A DNA stretch of 64,000 bases from Octopus vulgaris (Eukaryota): assembly GCA_951406725.2 (NCBI GenBank), contig OX597814.1, positions 137,578,001 to 137,642,000 of the forward strand, in the 5' to 3' direction. The notes beneath the pieces were generated by a model that was not told where the DNA came from, did not search any database, and was given only the letters and a program-made list of their open reading frames with translations. Positions 13,451 through 24,722 of the stretch are shown piece by piece. The position numbers were made by a program, and so were the translations under genes. The first letter of the stretch is position 1; every line of letters starts with the position of its first letter.

Positions 13451-13996
13451 AATATCTGCCCCCTTACCTAATAATATCTGCAACTTAAACTTTATTCTTT
13501 CCTTCATCTTTTCTATCCATCTGTCATTCACTTTCTATTTGTTTATATTTCCATTACTCCTTTAATTCTCTTTCTCCCTTCCTTCTCTTCTTCCCTCATC
13601 CTATGATGTCAAATTTCTTAGCGGTATTTCAAAATTATTAGCATTCCCTATCCACCTTCATTTTCCATATATATATATTATATATTGTAGTTTCGTACAT
13701 CTTTAAAAATGACATTGATGAGCACTGTTGTTTATATCCTCCTTGAGAACATTGATGCATTTTTCCACATTATTCTTTCTCTCGGATTTATTTTAATGCA
13801 TCTACCAAAACATATGTCAGTGATATATGGTGATATAAATGATTTAAATAGCATCTTGAGGGTTTGTCTCCATTTTCAATTATTTTTATATACACACACA
13901 TGTATATATACATATATATACACACATATACATACATATATATATATATATATATACATTCATGTATATATATATATATATATATATATACATTCA

Positions 13997-14036
<40 letters not shown>

Positions 14037-14071
14037 CATACATATATATACACATATATTTACATATATCA

Positions 14072-14320
14072 CCATCATCATCATCGTTTAACGTCCGTTT
14101 TCTATGCTGGCATGGGTTGGACGGTTTGACTGGAGACTGCCAGGAGGCTGCACCAGGCTCCAATCTAATCTGGCAATGTTTCTAGAGCTGGATGCTCTTC
14201 CTAACACCAACTACTCTGAGAGTGTAGTGGGTGCTTTTTACGTGCCACAGGCATGAGGAGCCAGTCTGGCAGCACTGGCATCAACCACATTCGGATGGTA
14301 CTTTTTACATGCTACCAGCA
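14072..14320 (-). mobile_element. 3' end of an RTE-associated retroelement with (GAT)n tail
   Basis: catcatcatcgtttaacgtccgtttt..catgggttggacggtttgac; related pieces at ~27130-27260 and 54098-54137. Confidence 0.5.
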
Positions 14321-14321
14321 T

Positions 14322-14358
<37 letters not shown>

Positions 14359-14424
14359 CACATATATATATACACATACATATATATACACACATACAGA
14401 CATATACATATATAAATGTATTCA

Positions 14425-14625
14425 GGTGCAGTAGTGGCTGTGTGGTAAGAAGCTGTCTTCCCAACAACATGGTTCCAAGTTGAGTCCCACTGCGTGGTAC
14501 CTTGGGCAAGTGTCTTTTACTATAACCTTGGTCTGACCAATGCCTTGTGAGTAGATGTGGCAGACAGAAGCTGAAAGAAGCCCATTGTATATATGTATGT
14601 ATGTATGTATTTGTGTGTCTGTGTT
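14425..14625 (+). mobile_element. tRNA-derived SINE, family B, 5' half
   Basis: gtggctgtgtggtaag ... gtcccactgcgtggtaccttgggcaagtgtc; matches the copy at 22768. Confidence 0.8.
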
Positions 14626-15033
14626 TTTCGACTAAGCAACATGCTATGTGTCCGTTTGGACTACTTCAGGCCTTAACCTGTGGGGGTTATGTGATTTTTT
14701 AATGCACGGAAAAGCTGTCAGTGATATACTCTCTTTGGCAGCAGTCAGCACTGTGTCTAACACAATCCATCATCTGAAATGTTGACACCTCCTTCGGGGT
14801 TATTGTCCTACATCACTCAAAGTAAATTTGGAGGAACTGTGGTTATTTATTTGTAGATAACAGGGAACCAATGTGGTGATAGACTTGCCCTTGAACTTTG
14901 ATGTTGGCATAAATTCATGTTTATCTATCTTCTTAGATGCACCAAATGATGTCATTTGCAGAGTTGTATCGTCTGATATTGTTCAGTCACTAGTCATTGC
15001 CTCAATAAGGCCAAATGTTTGAAGGTCATGCTT

Positions 15034-15091
<58 letters not shown>

Positions 15092-15729
15092 CAATAATAA
15101 TAAAGGGTAAAATTAATTAATTAATTAATAATTAATAATTTTACCAAGTAGTTCGGTATGTTAAAAGAATCATTATCAGTAAACTTATACATAAAATTTT
15201 ATAATTACGAGTATAATTATAATTATATATATATATATATATATATAGAAAAGTTAACATGAAACTGGTAATTTCTTCAAAAACTATGTCACTGTATGAA
15301 AATATTTTATAACATTCTTCTGACATAATGACTCAAATATATTTTTTAACCTTTTAAAACAAGCCTGTAGTTTTTTCACTTTTTACTATTTTCTATATAT
15401 TCAACCACGTGCTTTCACACACCAACTTTCTCACCTATATATATATATATATATATGTATATCACCCATTGTTGACTTTCTGCAGGCATTTTGCATCAAT
15501 GTGCTGTGTGGTCTTGTGTGCATGATTATTTTATTTTCACTGACCAGTATAAATACCTTACTAGTGTGAAGGTGTAATAAAAAATGATAATCATATTAAT
15601 GATAGAAAATACGGTAGTGAAGCATGAGAACAAATATTTCTGCTTTTTAAGTCTAGGAAACTTTTCAGAAATTTTTTGATGTGCATGCATGGATATAAAA
15701 TTTGATATTAAATTCTATTCTTTAAAAGT

Positions 15730-16420
15730 ACTAGGGGAAGTCAGAAAATATCTGCAGTTTTGTCAAAAACTTCTTTAGGTTGGCCACATTGCCTTCAACA
15801 CTTGTATGTTGAAAGGCAGTAAGTACTCTTGTGGTTACGTAACTGAGATTTGATCTTGATTACTCCAGTTTTCTTTCTTGTGTTACAGAGTAAACACCAT
15901 TTCTCTGCTGGCAGTGTGCACTAAGGAAGAACAGAGATCACTGATCCGATTTCTCTGGTCTGAAGTTATGTTAGGGGCTGGAATTTAATGCAGGCCATCA
16001 GTACAATGTGGGGACAGCACTCTACCATGTAGAAGAGTGTTTCAGTGGATTGATAAGGTTAAACATGGCTGGACAAGAGTGAAGCTTGGAACGGGAGCAG
16101 GAGGCCCATCAATCTCCACCACTGACGAGAGATGGTTCAGTGAAAATTAGTCAATGTTCTGCATATGAAATCATTCACAACAAACTTTGCTTCTGTAAAG
16201 CCTGTGTGAGGTGGGTTCCAAAAGATCTTCCTGAAGTGCATAAGCACAATTGTGTGGAGATCTGTCAACACTTACTTACCCCGCTACAACAATGAAGGTG
16301 AAGCTTGTTTGGTGAGAATAGTGACAGGAGAAGAGACATGGGTTCATCACTGGGTCAGACTTCAAATGACAGGGGATGGACTGGAAACATCTGGAGTCAC
16401 CAGCGAAAAATAAAAATTAA
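15730..16420 (+). mobile_element. Degenerate mariner-type transposase
   Basis: Translations give CTKEEQRSLIRFLWSE, AYEIIHNKL..WVPKDL and RIVTGEETWVHH (WVPxxL and TGDETW motifs) with stops and frameshifts. Confidence 0.8.
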
Positions 16421-16524
16421 AGTACCAACCAAGTACTGGGGTCAATGTAATTGCCTTTCCTACTTCCTTCAAAATTATTGGCCTTGTGCCAAAATTAGAT
16501 TATTATAGTGAGACAGCAAAATTG

Positions 16525-16722
16525 TTACCATGCTGGACACAGGGATTAGTGGCATTTCTTCTAGTTTTATGTTCAGAGTTCAAATTTCACCAGAGTTGAC
16601 TTTGCATTTCATCCTTTTGTGGTTGATAAAATAAGTACCAGTCAAATACTGAGGTTGATATAATTAATTCAGCTCTTCCCATCCTAAAATTTCAGGTCTT
16701 GTGCCTATAGTAGAAAGAATCA
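16525..16722 (+). mobile_element. tRNA-derived SINE, family A (diverged)
   Basis: gagttcaaatt..gttgactttgcatttcatcc..aagtaccagtc..tttcaggtcttgtgcctatagtagaaag. Confidence 0.7.
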
Positions 16723-17061
16723 CTGTTATATGAATGCATGCATGTGTCCCCTACCACCACCATACAAACACACACACAGAGGAACAAAGTGTGTGTGTAA
16801 TAAAATAAACTGAAAGGTACTTAATATGGATATGTAAAGTCTGATTTATTTGTAAATGAAATTTGAAAGAAAATGAATATATAAGATAATAATGTCATGG
16901 TAATTATAATTCTTTCACTTCTTTCCGTTTGTTGTTTTAGCCACAGTCAAAATCTTATAAATCATACTATGTGATACTAACTATGGTGCACATGCATGTG
17001 TAACTAAATACACAAGTTATGCGTTGTTCTGCTTTTAACATGATCTTATCATTAAAGTTAA

Positions 17062-17130
17062 ACATAACCAATCATCTTAGCTTCAAACTCTGCAGTAGGC
17101 AGAGTTTGAAGCTAAGATGATTGGTTATGT
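17062..17130. repeat. Perfect 32-bp inverted repeat with a 5-nt loop; each arm contains a CCAAT box
   Basis: acataaccaatcatcttagcttcaaactctgc-agtag-gcagagtttgaagctaagatgattggttatgt. Confidence 0.95.
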
Positions 17131-17230
17131 CAGTGCTCTCTGTCAGTGTAAAAGGTAAATCCCAACTTGAAATTAGAAATAGTTTTCTCAGAATTTCTTG
17201 AGGATTCATGGAAATGCAAATTATCTAAAG

Positions 17231-17238
17231 TATAAAAG
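17231..17238 (+). promoter_or_regulatory. Candidate TATA box of the sushi-domain gene
   Basis: TATAAAAG, 114 bp upstream of the ATG and ~100-165 bp downstream of the two CCAAT motifs. Confidence 0.5.
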
Positions 17239-17344
17239 GCTCTCTAAACAGCCACTGAAAATAAAAGTAACTTGCAAGTATACTTTAAACACAACTATCT
17301 TCTAGTCTTTCTTTCACAAAGTTGCTACCATCAAAGTTGAAAGA

Positions 17345-18817
17345 ATGATATTCAAGATTTTGTATTTCCTTTTAATTATCATATTAGTTGTGAAGAGTGA
17401 AAATATAACAATCAATAATGCTATGAAAAATATTCTATTGGATTATAATAACTCCACTTCAACTGAAAACTTTTCTCCGTGGTTTTTTAAACAAATGGTA
17501 GATATCCTAAACTGTGATTCTTTACCAAAATTAAACAACAGTCAAATGCAGTTTGTTTTGAAATCGAATGAAGAAAAGATATATCTGGAACAAATATGCA
17601 ATCGATATTTTGAAGCAAGCCAAAAGAATACGACTGATATTGTTTGTCTGAATGGTAAATGGAGATATGAAGATAAAAAATGTAAGTTAATAACCTGCCC
17701 AACTTTTCATAAGCCTGCTCACTGTAACATGACAAAAGTTTCATACACATATAAATCTGTTATTTACTTTTCCTGCTTTCCTGGATACTTTTTGCAAGGA
17801 AACCGTTCAATACGCTGTGAAGAAACGAAACAGTGGTCATCTCCACCACCAGTTTGTAAACGTGTTACATGTATCCCACCTCATACACCAAAACATGCTA
17901 ATGTGTCCACTACAAAAGAAGTTGAAGTTAACAAAACAATTCATTTCAGTTGTTTGGAACCATATTCATTGAAAGGTAAATCAGTATTAACTTGTCTTGA
18001 AGATGGTGATTGGAACTTTCCAGCACCCGTTTGCACTTGGAAATGTTTAGTGCCCAAAATAGTTGGTAGAGTGACAACTCTCTTACAAAATAAAGTTTTA
18101 AAACCAAAAACATTAATTCGTAGTGGAAAAAAAGTGTTATATTCTTGTAAACAGCCTTTCCTTCCAGTAGCATTCGGAGTCATTCAATGTTTGTCAGGTA
18201 GATGGCATCCAGATATTCAGTGTAAAAAGACATGTAACATTGAGAGAGTAAAGAAATTAAACTATACTTTATCACATAATTTTACAGTGATTGAATATCA
18301 TTGTCCAGCAGGAGAAACATTATTAGGGGACTCTAAAAGAACCTGTTTAGAAAACGGAACCTGGAGTGGTAAACTTCCAGTTTGTGTAAAAAAATGTCAA
18401 CTGTTACCTAACTTAGGCATTTATAGCTACCGAGATTCAGACAACTTACAATACCTTCCATTTGGAAGCTCGGTTCCAGAAAACACTAATATAACATACT
18501 TATGTCAGCAAAATTACACAAAGAAAACGGAGAATGTGAGCTGCTCAAATGGTGTATTGACTCCAGTACCACATTGCTCAGATGAAAGATTTTATGTAGA
18601 AAGCAAACGACTTCGATTCAAATATCAATCAACTCATTATTATGTTTGTGAAAATAATTATTCTTGCAATTTTTTTGGTTACCGTAATTACGGGAAATGT
18701 GATCTAACTTCATGTTATAACAGTAACTGTGTTAGTTTCAGTGTTAACAAAGTATCAAAGCTGTATATGAAGAGATACGATGGAAGTTGTTGCATTATTA
18801 GGTGTCATGAGAACTAA
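17345..18817 (+). CDS. Secreted multi-sushi (CCP/SCR) domain glycoprotein, 490 aa, uninterrupted CDS
   Basis: Hydrophobic signal peptide (MIFKILYFLLIIILVVKS); about six C...C...C..W....C modules (e.g. FSCFPGYFLQGNRSIRCEETKQWSSPPPVC, YHCPAGETLLGDSKRTCLENGTWSGKLPVC); many N-x-S/T sequons; Cys-rich C-terminal module; no TM segment; AATAAA at 18942. Confidence 0.92.
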   Translation: MIFKILYFLLIIILVVKSENITINNAMKNILLDYNNSTSTENFSPWFFKQMVDILNCDSLPKLNNSQMQFVLKSNEEKIYLEQICNRYFEASQKNTTDIVCLNGKWRYEDKKCKLITCPTFHKPAHCNMTKVSYTYKSVIYFSCFPGYFLQGNRSIRCEETKQWSSPPPVCKRVTCIPPHTPKHANVSTTKEVEVNKTIHFSCLEPYSLKGKSVLTCLEDGDWNFPAPVCTWKCLVPKIVGRVTTLLQNKVLKPKTLIRSGKKVLYSCKQPFLPVAFGVIQCLSGRWHPDIQCKKTCNIERVKKLNYTLSHNFTVIEYHCPAGETLLGDSKRTCLENGTWSGKLPVCVKKCQLLPNLGIYSYRDSDNLQYLPFGSSVPENTNITYLCQQNYTKKTENVSCSNGVLTPVPHCSDERFYVESKRLRFKYQSTHYYVCENNYSCNFFGYRNYGKCDLTSCYNSNCVSFSVNKVSKLYMKRYDGSCCIIRCHEN

Positions 18818-19759
18818 TATCAAACTACTTTCTATGCATATATAAAACTCACCAGCATTGCTGTTTTAATGCATGAAAAACAACCCTACTTTGTAATTTC
18901 AAGAGGTTTCTGATATTCATTTAATGATATCACTAACTGGTAATAAAGCAACTGAACATTAAAACAATTTTCAATCTTCAATATAAATATATTCTTCTGA
19001 GTATTGTTTCAAGAGCATTCTTCCTCCAGTCAGACACATTTTATCACACTTTCTATTCTATCAGTGAGTGCATTTCAGGAACATTTCCAGGTGAAACATT
19101 TTTCAATGAGTAATTCAACACTGATGAATGGCATACATACATATATACACATGTATAAATTCATTTAAATATTAACCCTTGAGCTTAATGTGTTAAGCTT
19201 ATCCACAAGTACAAATGAATTTTATACTTTTAATGACTAATTCTGTATGTGTCATTTCAATGACACCTCAAGAATCAATAACTGCATATATTGTTGCATT
19301 ATATATCAAGATTGATGGGATTGTATTCAAATAAAACAACTGTAAATTGATGTAATAAAAAAACTTGCTCACTCTATTCTTCTTGTTTGTAATCATATGT
19401 GTGTATGTGTGTGTGTGTGTGTGTATATATACACATACAATTAATTAATTTTTTTATTAGTCACTATGAGGATATTTAGACCTCCTATAGGGATATTTTT
19501 AACCAAGAAACACTGGTTTAATATATTGTATTTTGAAGAGATATTTCTTCAATGGATATATCATAAAATATCAAATATTATTATTAAGTTTGAAAATGGA
19601 GAGATTCAATGGATATAAATTGATTTATTAATCAATTATCATCATTGCCTACAATTGTTTCATTTCACATCCAGTTTAAATTACAAAATATATATAAATA
19701 TACAGAAATGCCCGACCTAGGAATTCACAGTGCACATCAAGGTAACAATGCGGAACAGG

Positions 19760-20700
19760 GGTAACCTTAGAATCTCTGAGGCCATCCTCATACATCGGAT
19801 CTAAGCTCAAAATCAGACCCATGGTATCAGGAACTAACAGTCCTTTCTATAAAATTTCTTGGCTCCTCTTTAAACTCCTCAAGCCCTTATTACACACATT
19901 CCCAGACGCGTCAGCAGCTCCCATGAAATCTTCACAAGACTCAAAGATATCGATCCCTCCATACTTAAGACTAACAAATACCCTTTTAGTTTAGATGTAG
20001 TTTCTCTCTACACCTCTGTACCTGCTTTCCTGGCCATTGATATCCTCATAGTCCACATCATGTCCTTATCTCCCCCACTTCTCCATGCCCCTACCTTCCA
20101 TATCATCTCTACCTCCCTCCCCTTCAACCTCATCTTCCCTATCTACCCTTCATCTTCTCTCACCTCCCCAACCATCAACCTCCAGCTCTTTGGCCTTACA
20201 CCCTCAAACATATAAGAGTTACTAACCATTATAGTTGGTAACACCTACTTCCAATATAATGGTGTGATTTACAAACAGACTTTTGCCCTACCTACGGAAT
20301 CTAACCTTTCAGGCCTGCTGGCCATCACGTACATAGATAAGCTAGAATGCACAGCACTCAACACTTGCTGCTCATGCATCTTCTTCTCCAGGTACATTGA
20401 TGACATCCTTATCATCACATCCTCCAGGGAGAGGCCATTAATATACACTGGACCTTCAATAACACTGACATAAACATCAGCTTTGAGATTGAACATCCAG
20501 ACGAATCTGGAACTCTCTCTCTCTACTCGACTTTCAATTCAAGATCACAGAGGAAGGCTCCATATTTACCAAATTCTACAAAAAAGCTGCTAATAGAAAA
20601 CTTTTAATCCACAACCAATCAGCATTACCAGTCAGAGCCAAAGCTGCATACGTGAGAAATGAGATTGCACATATAAACAACAATTGCAGCAACATGACTG
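19760..20700 (+). mobile_element. Degenerate Penelope-like reverse transcriptase fragment
   Basis: IRPMVSGTNSP, FSLDVVSLYTSVP, YFQYNGVIYKQ, FSRYIDDILII, FEIEHPD..LDF, FYKK..HNQSALP. Confidence 0.85.
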
Positions 20701-21027
20701 TAAATGGTATATTACATCATATTTATTTGGTTATTTTAATTTTTATTGTTAAATAAATGTATCTATTTATTTGTTTATTGTATATTTATTGTTTACGTCA
20801 TGTTTAATGAGATAGGTTTTTTTTACAACGCTAGATAGTAAGTTTAAAATTTCTTTTAACTGGTTTTCATCAATAAGGTAAGTCATGATTTTGCTTTATA
20901 TTAATATTGTTAAATTTTATTGAATTATTTACTGTTAATATACATATATTTATATATTTATTGTTTTATTATAATATCTAAATTCATTTATGTTATTTTT
21001 TTGATCTGAAGAAGGACTAAATATTTT

Positions 21028-22034
21028 ATGCCAATTTAAAGAATGCCACAGTACTGAAATATGCAGACGACATCAAGCTGTAACTTGAAATCAAGAGGGC
21101 AGATCCTGATGTCTACGACTCTTTCCTGCAATCAGACCTGGACACAATGCAGCAATGGTTCACAGACTGGCAACTGAAACTGGCTGTGGACAAGTGTACC
21201 ACCATGCATTTTGGGAGAAAAAACTCTGCGTCCACATACTCCCTCCACAACACTGATATCAAGAAATCCTCTTGCGAGCGTGACCTAGGCATCACTGTCA
21301 GCAGTGATTTGCGTTGGACAAAGCATATCTCTAAAATTGTCAAGAAGGCCAAAGGTGTCTTGGCATCACTCAGCAAGACTTTTGTTAGCCGCTCTCCAGC
21401 CATCTATTTAAAGCTGTGTACAGCTATGGTACGACCACACTTGGAATTCGCATCATCAGTTTGGAACCCCTATCTTGCTCAGAACATTGACCTCCTGGAA
21501 TCTGTTCAGAGACGTGCAACCAAACGCATACCCTCCATTAGACACCTACCATACTCTGAGCACCTTGTTTCCCTGGGCATGGATTCACTGAAGCTCCGGC
21601 GTCTGGCGATGGACTTGGTAAACACCCACAAAGTTATCAACCACCACACCAACAACAACACTGAACACCTTTTTGATCTTCATGTGTCCAACACACGTGG
21701 ACATGCCTACAAAGTCAGAAAACAGCACAGCTCCCATGACTTTCGGAAACATTTTTTCACGCTCAGAGTTGCTGAAGCATGGAACAAACTGCCTGCGTCA
21801 GTTGTTGACTGCCATGACACTGCATCCTTTAAGGCCCTCATGCTTTCCGAAATCCGCCAAAACTACACCTGATTGTCCCCCTTCCATACTCATACACATA
21901 TGTGTATGTCATGACTCATGCACTGTTCTTTTCCTGACACTTGTACATTACCCTATGTACTATACATACACTTTAGATGAGTTGTAGTGCACCTGAGCAC
22001 TGTACACAATGTTTTATTATATTATTATTATTAT
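21028..22034 (+). mobile_element. 5'-truncated CR1/L2-group LINE copy (same family as 30587-35337)
   Basis: ORF 21147-21872 is nearly identical to the C-terminal 241 aa of the ORF at 30668-33433; starts near the YADD codons; (TTA)n-type tail. Confidence 0.95.
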
Positions 22035-22549
22035 AAAACTGAATTATTATTATAAAACTGAATTAGTATTAAATTTTAATATTATCGATTTATATATTTA
22101 GTCATGAAATGTGCGTAGTCAAGTTAATGTTTGATTTGTTATGAGATTTTTAGAATAATAATTATAAGATATTTAATTAATTTCTATGTGGTTATTATAG
22201 ATAATGTCTTTTCACTATTGATAGAATTGCTAAATAGTGGTTTGTCTCTAAATTATACACACACACACACACATATATATATATATTTATATGTATATAG
22301 TATATATTTGTATATATAATATATATGTGTATATAATATATGTATATATATATATAATATATATATATATATAATCAATAATAAAAGGGTAGAATTAATT
22401 AATTATTAATTAATAATTTTACCAAGTAGTGTTCAGTATGTAAAAAGACCATTTACTGTATATTTAAAACATTACGTTATATAATTAGGGTTCAGTTAAA
22501 AAATTTACTTTACCACACACCGAACTTTTAGAAATAGCAGCCAAAAAAT

Positions 22550-22659
22550 TTAGCTATTTCTTCTACTATAAGAAAAGTCTCCCAGACAATGTATACTCAA
22601 AACTATTTTTGAGTATACATTGTCTGGGAAACTTTTCTTTTAGTAGAGGAAATAGCTAA
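22550..22659. repeat. ~53-bp-arm imperfect hairpin
   Basis: ttagctatttc..cccagacaatgtatactcaaaa / ttttgagtatacattgtctggg..gaaatagctaa, about 3 mismatches. Confidence 0.85.
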
Positions 22660-22767
22660 GGAAAGTACCACATGGTTGTTGAAAGTGCTAGAAACAATAG
22701 CAAAATTTCCCTTAAATCACACATCTTTACATCTGAAAACTGCTTTGAAATTATAAACAAAATTATA

Positions 22768-22951
22768 GGCGTAGGAGTGGCTGTGTGGTAAGTAGCTTGC
22801 TTACCAACCGCATGGTTTGGGGTTCAGTCCCACTGCGTGGTACCTTGGGCAAGTGTCTTCTACTATAGCCTCGAGCTGACCAAAGCCTTGTGAGTGGATT
22901 TGGTAGACGGAAACTGAAAGAAGCCTGTCGTATGTATGTATGTATGTATGT

Positions 22952-23015
<64 letters not shown>

Positions 23016-23226
23016 GTGTATACGTTTGTGTGTCTGTGTCTGTCCCCCAACATCACTTCACAACCGATGCTGGTGTGTTTACGTCCCCGTAACTTAGCGG
23101 TTTGGCAAAATAGACTGATAGAATAAGTACTAGGCTTACAAAGAACAAGTCCTGGGGTCGATTTGCTTGACTAAAGGTGGTGCTCCAGCATGGCCACAGT
23201 CAAATGACTGAAACAAGTAAAAGAGA
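22768..23226 (+). mobile_element. tRNA-derived SINE, family B, full length with internal (TA)/(TG) tract
   Basis: ggcgtaggagtggctgtgtggtaag..ggttcagtccc head and 3' gtcaaatgactgaaacaagtaaaagag; several homologues in the window. Confidence 0.85.
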
Positions 23227-23853
23227 GAAAGAGTAAGAGTAGAAACAAATTACAGAAAATTATGATTAAAAACAATTCCGGAAAAAAAAAAGAAAAAGAA
23301 AAAATTTCAGGATTTAGAGGGGAGGAAACATTGAAAAAAAACAAAAAAAATTCACTACTGTTTTTAAATTGTATTTCATTTTTTTGTTTGAAAATAAAGT
23401 AAGTGGGAAGTGTAATGGTGATTAATGATGCATTGTTGCCTTCATTGAACTCATAAAGCAAAATATGCCAAATATGCTCCTTTGTCAATTCTATTATAGC
23501 TTTGAAAAAGTAACTGTTAAAATCCAAAAAAACCCAAAAAAAACCCAGCATATTCAATCAATCTTGAAGTTCAGACTTGTCTAAAGTTTTAGGGAAAATA
23601 TAAAAAGACAAAAGATATGAATGTCATAAAAAGATAAATTTTAACAATTACCATCTCTTGTGTGTGTCACATGTATATAAGGATATACATATATATTCAT
23701 ATTCATATGTACATATGTATAAATACACATACAGGCACATGCATATACATGTATCTATACACATGTATATATATATGGGTATATACATTCCTGTATATGC
23801 AAACACACAATGTACACACATATATAAACACATTCACACACAGTACAATCATA

Positions 23854-24715
23854 TATGAGGGGGTATCAAAAAGTTTCTGGACTAGTTCTGTTGTGCACCA
23901 ACAGATAGCACCACAGTTGTGTGCACAGTGAGAGCTAGGAGTGACCTTCATGAGGCAGTGTTCCAAGTGACATCACTGTTTACTTTACAAGTTGTGAAAA
24001 ATTTGTGTATGCTGTGGTCTGTTATTTTGCCATGGACAGGAACAATGAGACAACATGAAATTTTGTGTTAAACATGGTAAGCCTGCTACAGAGACATTGA
24101 GCATGCTTTGCCAAGCTTACAGCCACAAGGTAATGGGTTATATGCAATGTTTTGAGTGGCATGAGTGCTTCACCAGTAGAAGAATGTCCCTGGAAGATGA
24201 TGAGTGATCTGGAAAACCTGTCATGAGAGTCACCTCCTGGAAATGTGGTATTGTACATCAAGAATCCATCCTCCAGGGCCAGACCATCAGTCAAGAGTTC
24301 TACTGTGCTGTTTTGAAGCATCTGAGGGAGAACATTGGGCAAAAGCAACTGGATCTGTGGAGCACAAAGAATTGGATTCTTCATGATGACAGTACACCCT
24401 ATGACTGAGTTCTCCTCACACATGAATTCCTCATCAAAAACAACATGGTTTTGCTTCTGTACCCACCCTATTTGCCAGATTTAACACCTGTGGACTTCCG
24501 TCTCTTCCTCAAGATGAAAATGCAGCTCAACGGTCATCGTTTTGACACCACTGTTGAGATCCAGATCGAATCACAGAAGGCTCTCAGCTTGCTTACAGAA
24601 AATGACTTCTGGGCTGGATTCCAAAAGTGGTAGGAATGCTGGGACTGATGTATTGCTGCACAAGGCGACTATTTCAAAGAAGATGATGTTAAAACTTAGA
24701 TAAATAATTTATTTT
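23854..24715 (+). mobile_element. Internally deleted mariner element
   Basis: TIR-like tatgagggggtatcaaaaagtt; GIVHQESILQGQTISQEFY..LHDD and YPPYLPDLTPVDFRLF (YSPDLAP motif). Confidence 0.85.
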
Positions 24716-24722
24716 TTATCTA

